23,617 nucleotides of DNA from Candidatus Phoenicimicrobium oleiphilum (GTDB taxonomy: Bacteria; Atribacterota; Phoenicimicrobiia; Phoenicimicrobiales; Phoenicimicrobiaceae), in the NCBI GenBank assembly GCA_039638295.1, contig JBDIWJ010000027.1, positions 1-23,617 on the forward strand, read 5' to 3'. Both the position numbers and the translations under genes were made by a program. A model generated the notes under the pieces. That model was not told the DNA's origin. It saw only the letters and a program-made list of their open reading frames with translations, and searched no databases. Positions 8,729-17,451 of the stretch are shown in pieces. Each line of letters starts with the position of its first letter. The stretch's first letter is position 1.

Positions 8729-9679
8729 ATGAAAAAATATCTTTTGGGGAAAACAGGAATTGAAGTAAGTGAGTTATGTTTTGGAGCATTGCCTCTGGGA
8801 CCTCTGCAAGCCAATATTCCTGTCGAAGAGGGAGCAAAACTTATTCGAGCTGCTCTGGAAAGGGGTATCAATTTTATTGATACTGCCGAGGTTTACAAAA
8901 CCTATCCTTATATAAAATTAGCACTAGAAGGTTATTTTGAAAAAGTGATTATTGCTACTAAATCAGGTGCAAAGACCTATTCAGAAATGGAAAAGAGTAT
9001 AAATGATGCCCTCAGATCTCTTAATCGATCTTATATAGATATTTTTCATTTACATGCTGCTAGGGTTACTTCTTCCGTTTTTGAAGAAAGGGCAGGGGCA
9101 TTTCAATGTTTGAAAGATTATAAAGCAAAGGGAGTTATTCGAGCGATTGGTATTTCTACTCATGTAATAGAAGTAGTAAGAAGAGCAATAGAAGTGAAGG
9201 AAATTGATATTATATTTCCCATTATTAATAAACTGGGTGTGGGTATTGTGGGGGGGGATGTTGAGAATATGATTACTGCAATCTCAGAAGCACATCAGGA
9301 AGGAAAAGGATTATACGCTATGAAAGCTCTAGCTGGAGGCCATTTAATTGACCAATTAGAAGAATCTTTAAATTTTGTAAGAAATATTCAAGGGATTAGT
9401 TCTGTAGCAGTGGGAATGCTTAATCAAAAGGAATTGGAATTAAATGTGAAAATATTTAACAATGAAGAACTTCCCCGAGAAGTATTCACAAAACAAACTA
9501 AACCCAGTAAGAGCTTATTTATTTCACGTTTTTGCAAAGGTTGTGGTACCTGTGTTAAAGCTTGCCCCAATAATGCCTTGTCTTTGAAAAATGGCAAAGC
9601 AGTAGTAGACCGTAAGTTATGTATTTTATGTGGATATTGTAACCCGGTATGCCCCGAATTTGCTATTAGATTGATTTAG
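8729..9679 (+). CDS. Aldo/keto reductase with C-terminal 2x[4Fe-4S] ferredoxin domain
   Basis: LGKTGIEVSELCFG; catalytic D/Y/K/H (DTAEVY, IATK, HLH); C-terminal CKGCGTCVKACP and CILCGYCNPVCP. Confidence 0.9.
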   Translation: MKKYLLGKTGIEVSELCFGALPLGPLQANIPVEEGAKLIRAALERGINFIDTAEVYKTYPYIKLALEGYFEKVIIATKSGAKTYSEMEKSINDALRSLNRSYIDIFHLHAARVTSSVFEERAGAFQCLKDYKAKGVIRAIGISTHVIEVVRRAIEVKEIDIIFPIINKLGVGIVGGDVENMITAISEAHQEGKGLYAMKALAGGHLIDQLEESLNFVRNIQGISSVAVGMLNQKELELNVKIFNNEELPREVFTKQTKPSKSLFISRFCKGCGTCVKACPNNALSLKNGKAVVDRKLCILCGYCNPVCPEFAIRLI

Positions 9680-9767
9680 TATTGTAAATGTATTGTCACC
9701 AATAATTGAATTTTCAATTTACTTCCTCTCCCCAAACAAACAATTATTAATTTATTTTTATAAAGAA

Positions 9768-9794
9768 GAAGGATTTTTAATAGTTTTATAGAAT
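9768..9794 (+). promoter_or_regulatory. Sigma-H-like promoter upstream of the S58 peptidase
   Basis: GAAGGATTT...ATAGAAT, with AGGA and GAAT 17 nt apart, matching the Firmicutes sigH consensus RNAGGAWWW-N11/12-RNNGAAT. Confidence 0.55.
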
Positions 9795-9884
9795 ACTATG
9801 ATACATAAATATATGCAATTTATAAAAGAAATTAGATGTAAGTTTTAGATAATAAAATAGTTTTAAGAGTAAGAGGTAAGCGGA

Positions 9885-10871
9885 ATGAAGGATAACAAAA
9901 GTTTAAAAGTGTTAAAAGATGCCATTATAGATGTGCCGGGGATAAAGGTAGGGCACAGCCAGAATTTAAAAGCCGGGACCGGTTGTACCGTAGTTATCTG
10001 TGAAAAAGGAGCGGTTGGGGGAGTAGATGTGCGAGGAGGAGCTCCTGGTACTCGGGAAACAGACCTTTTAAATCCTGTTAACTTGGTAGATAAAATCCAT
10101 GCAATCTATCTGGGTGGAGGGAGTGCTTTTGGATTGGAGGGGGCATGTGGAGTAATGAAATATTTGGAAGAAAAAGGGATAGGTTTTGATGTGGTGCTAA
10201 CCAAAGTTCCTATTGTTCCCGGGGCAGTCCTCTTTGACCTGGCGGTAGGTGATTACCAGATAAGACCTGATGCTAAGATGGGTTATGAGGCTTGTCTTAA
10301 AGCTTCTGATGCAGAAGTTAGTCAGGGGAATGTTGGAGCCGGGACCGGGGCAACGGTAGGTAAGTTATTTGGTGGGCTTCGTTGTATGAAAAGTGGTTTA
10401 GGTACTGCCAGTTTTAAATCCCAGGAATTAATTATAGGGGCAATTGTAGCGGTAAATTGCCTGGGAGATGTAATTGACCCGGAAACGGGAGAAATTATTG
10501 CCGGGGTTTTAACTGAGGACAAGAAAGGTTTTGCTAATACTATGTCTTTTTTAAGAAATTTTCCCCAAAAGACTAAAGATAATTTTTCTAAAAACACTAC
10601 CATAGGAGTTGTAGCTACCAATGCAAAGCTAACCAAGGCCGGGGCAACCAAGGTGGCTATGATGGCCCAGGATGGCTATGCCCACACTATAAGTCCTGCT
10701 CATACTATGTTTGATGGAGATACCATCTTTTGTATGGCGACTGGTGAAGTAGAAGCAGGAGCAAATGTAGTGGGAGCCATAGCAGCTGAGGTTATGGCTC
10801 GAGCGATAGTAAAAGCAGTAAAGAATGCAGAACCTCTTTATGGCCTTTTATGTTATAAGGATTTAGCATAA
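9885..10871 (+). CDS. Peptidase S58/DmpA (P1) family protein
   Basis: DVPGIKVGH, DVRGGAPGTRET, GGSAFGL, GNVGAGTGA, N|TT autocleavage region and HTMFDGDTIF. Confidence 0.92.
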   Translation: MKDNKSLKVLKDAIIDVPGIKVGHSQNLKAGTGCTVVICEKGAVGGVDVRGGAPGTRETDLLNPVNLVDKIHAIYLGGGSAFGLEGACGVMKYLEEKGIGFDVVLTKVPIVPGAVLFDLAVGDYQIRPDAKMGYEACLKASDAEVSQGNVGAGTGATVGKLFGGLRCMKSGLGTASFKSQELIIGAIVAVNCLGDVIDPETGEIIAGVLTEDKKGFANTMSFLRNFPQKTKDNFSKNTTIGVVATNAKLTKAGATKVAMMAQDGYAHTISPAHTMFDGDTIFCMATGEVEAGANVVGAIAAEVMARAIVKAVKNAEPLYGLLCYKDLA

Positions 10872-10872
10872 A

Positions 10873-10909
10873 AATGTAAACAAAGGTGCCTGGCACCTTT
10901 GTTTACATT
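10873..10909. repeat. Perfect 18-bp inverted repeat with 1-nt centre (GGTGCCTGGCACC core)
   Basis: AATGTAAACAAAGGTGCC-T-GGCACCTTTGTTTACATT directly after the peptidase stop. Confidence 0.9.
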
Positions 10910-10910
10910 A

Positions 10911-10919
10911 TGATATAAT
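10911..10919 (+). promoter_or_regulatory. Extended -10 element for the UPF0182 gene
   Basis: TGATATAAT (TGnTATAAT) about 40 bp before the ATG; SD AGGAGG present. Confidence 0.55.
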
Positions 10920-10956
10920 GCAAATGCAAGTACAAATATTAATAGGAGGGTAAGTA

Positions 10957-13674
10957 ATGGTTGATAAAACAAGGAATTTAAAATGGGTAATTATTGGTGT
11001 AATTATTTTAATCTTAATAATAGTAAGTGGTATTGCTTCAATTTACATAGATTTAATTTGGTTTAAGTCAGTACAATATCTTGCTGTTTTCTGGAAGATA
11101 CTGCTGACCAAGGGATTAATTATCCTGTTTTTTGCAGCGGTATTTTTTATATTGTCTTTTATAAACCTTTCTTATGCTCGGCGTTTTGCTCCAGAGTTTA
11201 GAGTAGAGATAAGTCAAGATGAATTTGAAAGGCCCGAGATTCAATTATACAAAAGTCTGCAAAATGTTCAGGTGAATAAAAAATTTGTTTTTTGGTTCTC
11301 CCTGGTTGTTGCAATTTTTATGGGATTTTCTGAAGGCTCCAATTGGGAGAAAATTCTGATTTACTTGAACAGAACTTCATTTGAGATAACTGATCCTATC
11401 TTTAGCCGGGATATTGGCTTTTATATGTTCAGTTTGCCTTTCTGGGAATTTGTTAGAAATTGGTTATCTTTTGCTCTTACCCTTATCACTATTGTGGTAG
11501 GAATTATTTATATTCTTAAAAGGGCTATAAAATACGAATATAAAAATCTTATTATAGAAACCCCAGTTAAAATTCATCTTTCTATACTTATCGGAACCAT
11601 ATTGATTTTAAAGTCCTGGCAATATTGGTTAAATGCCTATAAAATTCTTTACTCCACTCGTGGAGTTATCTTTGGCGCAGGCTATACTGAAATTCATGCC
11701 AATCTTTTGGCCTTGAGGGTTTTAATGGTTTTAGCTTTGGTTTGTGCAGCACTATTTTTTGTAACTGCCAGGAGACAAGATTGGAAGTTACCACTTTGGG
11801 GATTGGTACTGTTGATTGGTGTTTCTATCTTATTAGGAGGAGTTTATCCCGAAGTTATGCAGAGAGCCATAGTCTTACCGAATGAGAGCACCAAGGAGAG
11901 ACCTTATATATTAAATAATATTGAAGCTACCCGGATAGCCTATGGTTTAGATAAGATTAAAGAGGAGGAATTTCCGGTAAAGGAAGAGATAAGTTTTGAG
12001 GAAATTGCAGAAAATGAAGAGACCATTAGCAATATCCGGCTCTGGGATTGGAGGCCAATTAAACAAACCTTAAAACAGATTCAGGCTATTCGTTTATATT
12101 ATGATTTTAATAGCGTAGATATGGATCGTTATTATTTTAACGGAAATTACCAGATGGTAATGGTTTCTCCGCGTGAATTGGATATTACTAAAATACCAGA
12201 ACAGGCCCGAACCTGGATAAATGAACATTTAACCTATACTCATGGCTATGGTGTAGTAGTAAATCCAGTAAATAAAATAAGTGGAGAGGGTCTTCCTTAT
12301 TTATTGATTAAAGACATTCCGCCAGTCTCTAGCGTAAATCTCACTATTAAAAGGCCGGAAATTTATTATGGAGAAATGACTAATAATTATGTAATTGTAA
12401 AGACGAAAGCCAAGGAGTTTGATTATCCCAAAGGAGACGAGAATGTCTATAGTACCTATTTCGGTAATGGTGGAGTTGGGGTCTCATCTCTATGGAGAAG
12501 AATTTTATTTTCTATTAAATATTCTAACCCGCAAATTTTACTTACTACCAATTTTACTCCCGAGAGTCGAATTATGATCTATCGCAATATTAAGGAGAGG
12601 GTCAATAAAGTAGCTCCTTTCCTGGGTTATGATAATGATCCTTATATGGTGAGTTCTAAAGAGGGGAGACTATTCTGGATACAAGACGCTTATACTATAT
12701 CTAATAATTATCCTTACTCTACTCCTCTTAGGGGGTACTTCAATTATATCAGGAATTCAGTAAAGGTAGTAATTGATGCTTACAATGGTAGTATGGATTT
12801 TTATATTGTAGACCAAAAGGATCCCCTGGTTAAAGTCTATAAAAATATATTCCCGCAATTGTTTAAGAACTTTGACCAGATGCCTGAAGATTTAATAGAA
12901 CATATCCGTTATCCCAAGGATTTATTCCAAATACAAGCTGAGCTTTATTCTACTTATCATATGACAAGTCCCGATGTATTTTATAACAAAGAAGATTACT
13001 GGAATATTCCTAACGAGATTTATGCGGAAAATGAAATTAGGATGGAACCTTATTATATTGTAACTAAACTTCCAGGTCACGAGAGAGAAGAGTTTATTCT
13101 GATGACTCCCTTTACTCCTTCTAACAAGAATAATATGATTGCCTGGTTGGCGGCTAAGAATGACCAGCCAGAGTATGGGAATTTGATCGTTTATAAATTT
13201 CCCAAGGAAAAATTAGTTTTTGGACCGATGCAAATAGAGGCGAGGATTGACCAGGATTCAGAAATTTCTCAACAGTTGACTCTATGGGGACAGAAAGGTT
13301 CCACGGTTATTCGAGGGAATCTACTGGTAATTCCCATAGGAAAATCAATTATCTATGTAGAACCTTTATACTTGAGAGCAGAAAAAGGGGAGATTCCAGA
13401 GTTAAAGAGAGTAATTGTCTCTAATGGTTTTGATGTGAAGATGGGAAAAGACCTTCCAGAGGCTTTAGAGAAACTCTTTGTTGGGGCATTTGAAGAGAGA
13501 GAAATTATAGAGGGAGAAGAAAAAAGTCTTAGAGATTTAATTAAAGAGGCAGCAGAATATTTTGAGAATGCTCAAGAGTTCGCTCGCGAAGGCAATTGGG
13601 GTAAATATGGAGAAGAATTACAGAAACTAGAACAGACTTTGAAATTGTTAGAAGAAGTAAGCGAGAGAGAATAA
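10957..13674 (+). CDS. UPF0182 family membrane protein
   Basis: DLIWFKSV, DPIFSRDIGFY, GAGYTE, NIRLWDW, YTHGYG, YIRNSVKVVIDAYNG, HIRYP and YVEPLYL; N-terminal TM bundle; 905 aa. Confidence 0.93.
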   Translation: MVDKTRNLKWVIIGVIILILIIVSGIASIYIDLIWFKSVQYLAVFWKILLTKGLIILFFAAVFFILSFINLSYARRFAPEFRVEISQDEFERPEIQLYKSLQNVQVNKKFVFWFSLVVAIFMGFSEGSNWEKILIYLNRTSFEITDPIFSRDIGFYMFSLPFWEFVRNWLSFALTLITIVVGIIYILKRAIKYEYKNLIIETPVKIHLSILIGTILILKSWQYWLNAYKILYSTRGVIFGAGYTEIHANLLALRVLMVLALVCAALFFVTARRQDWKLPLWGLVLLIGVSILLGGVYPEVMQRAIVLPNESTKERPYILNNIEATRIAYGLDKIKEEEFPVKEEISFEEIAENEETISNIRLWDWRPIKQTLKQIQAIRLYYDFNSVDMDRYYFNGNYQMVMVSPRELDITKIPEQARTWINEHLTYTHGYGVVVNPVNKISGEGLPYLLIKDIPPVSSVNLTIKRPEIYYGEMTNNYVIVKTKAKEFDYPKGDENVYSTYFGNGGVGVSSLWRRILFSIKYSNPQILLTTNFTPESRIMIYRNIKERVNKVAPFLGYDNDPYMVSSKEGRLFWIQDAYTISNNYPYSTPLRGYFNYIRNSVKVVIDAYNGSMDFYIVDQKDPLVKVYKNIFPQLFKNFDQMPEDLIEHIRYPKDLFQIQAELYSTYHMTSPDVFYNKEDYWNIPNEIYAENEIRMEPYYIVTKLPGHEREEFILMTPFTPSNKNNMIAWLAAKNDQPEYGNLIVYKFPKEKLVFGPMQIEARIDQDSEISQQLTLWGQKGSTVIRGNLLVIPIGKSIIYVEPLYLRAEKGEIPELKRVIVSNGFDVKMGKDLPEALEKLFVGAFEEREIIEGEEKSLRDLIKEAAEYFENAQEFAREGNWGKYGEELQKLEQTLKLLEEVSERE

Positions 13675-13677
13675 AAA

Positions 13678-13817
13678 TCAGTTACTCAGTTAATTAGTTT
13701 ACTAATTAATTTAATCGATGGAGAATATTATGCAGGGGGCGGATTTATCCGCCCCGATTCATTCTAACTATGTAGCCAACTAACTATTTCTATGCGCTAA
13801 ACGCTATCCGCTAGCTC
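13678..13817. repeat. Composite repeat: 8-mer tandem, REP hairpin, 7-mer tandem
   Basis: TCAGTTAC/TCAGTTAA/TTAGTTTA/CTAATTAA; GCAG-GGGGCGGAT-TT-ATCCGCCCC (13732-13755); CTATGCG/CTAAACG/CTATCCG/CTAGCTC (13790-13817). Lies between convergent genes. Confidence 0.7.
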
Positions 13818-14294
13818 TACAATTTTTACCTCTAAAGTTTTTAGGCCCAATAAAGCAATAGTACTTTTACCGGTAAGCCAACCACCACATTCACCAGGAT
13901 TTATGATGAAAGTCTTTCCGATTTTACGTAAATCAGTCCGGTGGGTATGGCCATATATAATCACATCGTATTTCTGGCTTTTTGCCAGAGCATCTATTAA
14001 TTCTTCTTTATGTAGTATAATTATATTTTTGTTACTTAAGTTCATATGATAAGGTTCAGGATAAAGTTCCCCGATCCCCTTAAATTTTTCCTGAAGGTAA
14101 AGTTTATCTCCGTCATTATTTCCAAAGACTCCTTTTAGAGGGCAGTTTGAATTTTTAAATTCTAAGAAAGTAAAAGGGGAAACAAAATCGCCAGCATGCA
14201 AAATCAGCTCAACCTTTTCTCGGTTAAAAATTTCTACTGCTTTTTTAATTTGAGGTAAATTATCATGCGTATCCGAGATTATTCCAATTTTCAT
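13797..14294 (-). CDS. YfcE/MJ0936 family metallophosphoesterase
   Basis: ISDTHDN, HAGD, GNND, GHTH and INPGE calcineurin-like motifs. Confidence 0.92.
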   Translation of the reverse strand: MKIGIISDTHDNLPQIKKAVEIFNREKVELILHAGDFVSPFTFLEFKNSNCPLKGVFGNNDGDKLYLQEKFKGIGELYPEPYHMNLSNKNIIILHKEELIDALAKSQKYDVIIYGHTHRTDLRKIGKTFIINPGECGGWLTGKSTIALLGLKTLEVKIVELADSV

Positions 14295-14518
14295 TTTATT
14301 AAACCCTTTTCTTTAAGAAATTCTTTAGCTACTATTTGGGCAGGTTTTCCATTACCATCAACTTCATAGTTTAAATTTATCATTTTCTCAGTGTCAATAA
14401 GTGTAGTAATAGGTTGCAGTATTTTCTCTATTTCTGGATATTTATCCAGAACATCTTTTTTAATAACTATTGATATATTATAAATAGGGAAGAAATTTTT
14501 ATTATCTAAAGATCTAAT
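14291..14518 (-). pseudogene. C-terminal remnant of an OpuCC/OsmX-type glycine betaine/osmoprotectant ABC substrate-binding protein
   Basis: Manual translation IRSLDNKNFFPIYNISIVIKKDVLDKYPEIEKILQPITTLIDTEKMINLNYEVDGNGKPAQIVAKEFLKEKGLIK* matches the family C-terminus (DKxFFPxY, KYPE, LNYxVD, VAxEFLKEKGL). The N-terminal part is missing, there is an in-frame TAA at 14519-14521, and its stop overlaps the yfcE ATG (ATGA). Confidence 0.85.
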
Positions 14519-14571
14519 TTATGGGAGTAATTCATAAAGTTCTTTCTTGGTTAGAATGAGTTTAATAGGCT

Positions 14572-15024
14572 TCATTTAATTTTCAAGTATTTTTTTGTCT
14601 TCATCATAGAAGCAATTCTTTCTACCGAAGATAAAATTAAATGCTGTTCCCACTTCTGTAATTTATTAAATTCTGCTAAAAATTCTTCCTGTAATAATGA
14701 TGGATTTTTACTAATAATATCTTTCGCTTTTGGGGTAATTTTTATAAGAACTTGTCGTCGGTCAAGATTATTTCTCGTTCTTATAATCAAATTTTTAGTT
14801 TCAAGGCGATCAAGAATATCAGTTACTGTCGCCTGACTTAAACTAATTCTTCTGGCTATTTCTCCAATAGAAATTTGGTTAGTATGAGAAAGTTCTTGTA
14901 AAATGAGTAATTGAGGGAAAGTCAATCCGTAATGTTTAACTAAAGACTTTGAATGGATAGACATAGCCCGGACAATTTGTCTTAAAGCAGCCAAAACCTC
15001 TTCATTTAAATTTTTATTATCCAT
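14572..15024 (-). CDS. MarR family regulator, EctR/CosR-like
   Basis: ALRQIVRAMSIHSKSL, GLTFPQLLIL, SLSQATVTDILDRLE, DRR and WEQHLILSSVERIASMM resemble the EctR/CosR subfamily. Adjacent to an osmoprotectant SBP remnant. Confidence 0.8.
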   Translation of the reverse strand: MDNKNLNEEVLAALRQIVRAMSIHSKSLVKHYGLTFPQLLILQELSHTNQISIGEIARRISLSQATVTDILDRLETKNLIIRTRNNLDRRQVLIKITPKAKDIISKNPSLLQEEFLAEFNKLQKWEQHLILSSVERIASMMKTKKYLKIK

Positions 15025-15051
15025 TTTTTTCCTTTAAATATATTTTGTACT

Positions 15052-15080
15052 AATATATCGTATACTTAATAAAAAGTCAA
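15052..15080 (-). promoter_or_regulatory. Sigma70 promoter of the MarR gene with overlapping EctR-type operator
   Basis: TTGACT (15080-15075)-17 nt-TATATT (15057-15052). Pseudopalindrome TATTAAGT-AT-ACGATATA (15071-15054) overlaps the spacer and -10. Confidence 0.7.
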
Positions 15081-15338
15081 ATATATTGTTAACTTTTAGC
15101 AAACAGAAACATAAATTAGTAGGAATATTTTTCATATACTATAAAACATATATGATGTAGAAATATATTATAAAAAAAATTATATTATTTAGGGTTCTTT
15201 ATTATTTTCAATTATATTTTACATAAATATTACGTATTCTAAACATATTTTATATAAACTACTTGACGTATAATAAGAAATAAATTTGCATAAAGAATAG
15301 AAAAAATAGTATAAAAGATAAAATATTTTTGTAAAAAA

Positions 15339-15366
15339 GAAGGATTTTTCTATATCTTTATAGTAT
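15339..15366 (+). promoter_or_regulatory. Sigma-H-like promoter (one mismatch) upstream of the racemase
   Basis: GAAGGATTT...ATAGTAT with an 18-nt spacer; overlaps a TATAAT. Confidence 0.4.
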
Positions 15367-15431
15367 AATTAGTTGGTTATTAAAATAATGTTAAATAAAT
15401 AATCTGGTGAAATGGGAGTAAAAAAATAAAA

Positions 15432-16124
15432 ATGCCAGAGAAGATTATTGGGATTTTAGGTGGAATGGGGCCTGAAGCCACCATTGATTTATTTTATAAA
15501 ATAATAAAATTTACTCCTGCAAAAAAAGACCAGGATCATTTAAGAATAATTATTGATAATAATCCTAGGATACCAGATAGAACCGCTGCTATTTTAAGTA
15601 AAGGAGAAAGCCCTCTACCAGCTTTAAAAGAGACTGCCCAAAACTTAGAGAAGGCTGGTGCAGATTTTATAATTATTCCCTGCAATACCGCTCATTATTT
15701 TCTTCCTTCTATTCAGGAAAGTGTCAAGATACCGATATTGAATATGATTGAAGAAACTGCCAAAGAGACCAGAAAAAAAATTCCTCAAATACAAAAAGTG
15801 GGGCTTTTGGCTTCAGTAGGTGTTTATGAGACAAAAATTTATCATCAGCACTTTAAAAAATTTAGTATCGAGATTATCTCTCCTGAAGAGAAGGATAAAG
15901 ATGAAGTTATGAAGGTAATCTACGGAGTTAAGGCAGGAGATTTATCTGAAGGGGTCAAGAAAAATATTATAAAAATCGCTCAAAAATTAATTAATAAGGG
16001 AGCAGAGGCAATAATCGCTGGTTGTACCGAGATTCCTCTAATCCTAAAAGAGGAAGATGTCTCAGTTCCACTAATAGACCCAACTCAAGTTTTAGCCAGA
16101 ATAGCTATTCAGAAAGCGAGGTGA
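15432..16124 (+). CDS. Aspartate/glutamate racemase family (aspartate racemase-like)
   Basis: IGILGGMGPEAT, DQDH, IPDRT, and two catalytic Cys in PCNTAH and AGCTE. Confidence 0.92.
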   Translation: MPEKIIGILGGMGPEATIDLFYKIIKFTPAKKDQDHLRIIIDNNPRIPDRTAAILSKGESPLPALKETAQNLEKAGADFIIIPCNTAHYFLPSIQESVKIPILNMIEETAKETRKKIPQIQKVGLLASVGVYETKIYHQHFKKFSIEIISPEEKDKDEVMKVIYGVKAGDLSEGVKKNIIKIAQKLINKGAEAIIAGCTEIPLILKEEDVSVPLIDPTQVLARIAIQKAR

Positions 16125-16210
16125 TGATATAGAGGCAGAATAAGCAAAATTAGTAAGATTTGCCTGATTATTTTTAAATTTTTATTATTATAAAATGGAG
16201 GTAAATTAGA

Positions 16211-17404
16211 ATGAAACTTTTCCAAAAAGTTCTTATTGGTTTTGTTTTAGGAGCAATTTTAGGAGCAATATGGGGACCTGGAATAGTATGGATAAAACCA
16301 ATCGGAACCATTTTTATTTCTTTGTTAAAAATGCTCATTATTCCATTAATCTTTTCTACTTTAGTAGTTGGGGTTGCCAGCATTGCTGAACCTAAGAAGT
16401 TAGGGAGAGTAGCGGGCAAGACTATTGCATATTATTTAGTAACTACTGCTTTTGCTATAATTATTGGTTTACTATTAGGCAATATATTCCAGCCTGGTGC
16501 AGGTATGAATTTAGTTTTAGAGGGAGCTGCTAAAGAAGCAGCAGGAGCCCCTTCTTTGGTCGACACCCTTGTAAACCTAATTCCCAAGAATCCAATTGGA
16601 GCAATGGCTGAAGGCAAAGTACTCCAGGTAATCGTCTTTGCTCTCTTCTTTGGTTATGCTATGACTAAGGCAGGAGAAAAAGGGAAGGCAGTTTTGAAAT
16701 TTTTTGATGGATTTGCTGAGACTATGTACAAATTAACTGGAACAGTAATGGGGTTTGCCCCCTATGGAGTATTTGCTCTTATTGCCACTACCGTAGGTAC
16801 TCATGGCTTGTCTGTTTTAATACCTTTTGCCAAGTTAATCTTTGCTGTTTATCTGGGAGTAATAATCCATGCAGTAGTAGTATATTCAGGGATGACCTCT
16901 ATCATTGCTAAGATAAGTCCAGCAAAATTTTTCAAAGGATTTAGTGAGGCATCATTACTGGCTTTTAGTACTTGTAGTAGCTCAGCAACCCTTCCGGTTT
17001 CTATGCGAGTAGCTCAGGAAAATTTGGGGGTCTCACCCACTATTTCCAGTTTTGTCCAGCCTTTGGGAGCAACCGTTAATATGGACGGAACCGCCCTTTA
17101 TCAGGGTGTTTGTGCTTTATTTGTAGCTCAGGCTTATGGAATCCATTTAGGTTTTGGTGGACAGCTTACCGTATTATTAACTGCCCTTTTAGCTTCTATT
17201 GGAACCGCCGGGGTACCGGGGGCAGGTTTGGTTATGTTAACTATGGTGCTTACTTCTGTAGGATTACCCCTGGAAGGAGTAGCACTAATTGCCGGAGTTG
17301 ACCGAATATTGGATATGGCTCGGACGGCTTGCAACGTGACTGGAGATGCTGCTTGTGCAGTAGTAGTAGCTAAGACAGAGGGAGAATTGAAAGAAGTTAA
17401 GTAG
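16211..17404 (+). CDS. Dicarboxylate/amino acid:cation symporter (DAACS, GltP/GltPh-like)
   Basis: HP1 TCSSSATLP, TM7 NMDGT, HP2 ASIGTAGVPGAG and TM8 DRILDMARTACNVTGD with the acidic-substrate Arg. Confidence 0.93.
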   Translation: MKLFQKVLIGFVLGAILGAIWGPGIVWIKPIGTIFISLLKMLIIPLIFSTLVVGVASIAEPKKLGRVAGKTIAYYLVTTAFAIIIGLLLGNIFQPGAGMNLVLEGAAKEAAGAPSLVDTLVNLIPKNPIGAMAEGKVLQVIVFALFFGYAMTKAGEKGKAVLKFFDGFAETMYKLTGTVMGFAPYGVFALIATTVGTHGLSVLIPFAKLIFAVYLGVIIHAVVVYSGMTSIIAKISPAKFFKGFSEASLLAFSTCSSSATLPVSMRVAQENLGVSPTISSFVQPLGATVNMDGTALYQGVCALFVAQAYGIHLGFGGQLTVLLTALLASIGTAGVPGAGLVMLTMVLTSVGLPLEGVALIAGVDRILDMARTACNVTGDAACAVVVAKTEGELKEVK

Positions 17405-17451
17405 AACAATGGGGAGCAATATTTTATCGTCTTATTCGTGTATTAAAGATG

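Noticed and set aside
4960..10651. Nested or antisense ORFs 4960-5220, 5471-5686, 5499-5684, 7583-7843, 7989-8174, 8310-8501 and 10322-10651
   Set aside because: They overlap confident CDSs and show no family features.
14519..14521. Programmed readthrough joining the 18-codon ORF to the OpuCC fragment
   Set aside because: The stop is TAA (not a Sec or Pyl codon), and the joined product would still lack the signal peptide and most of the binding fold.
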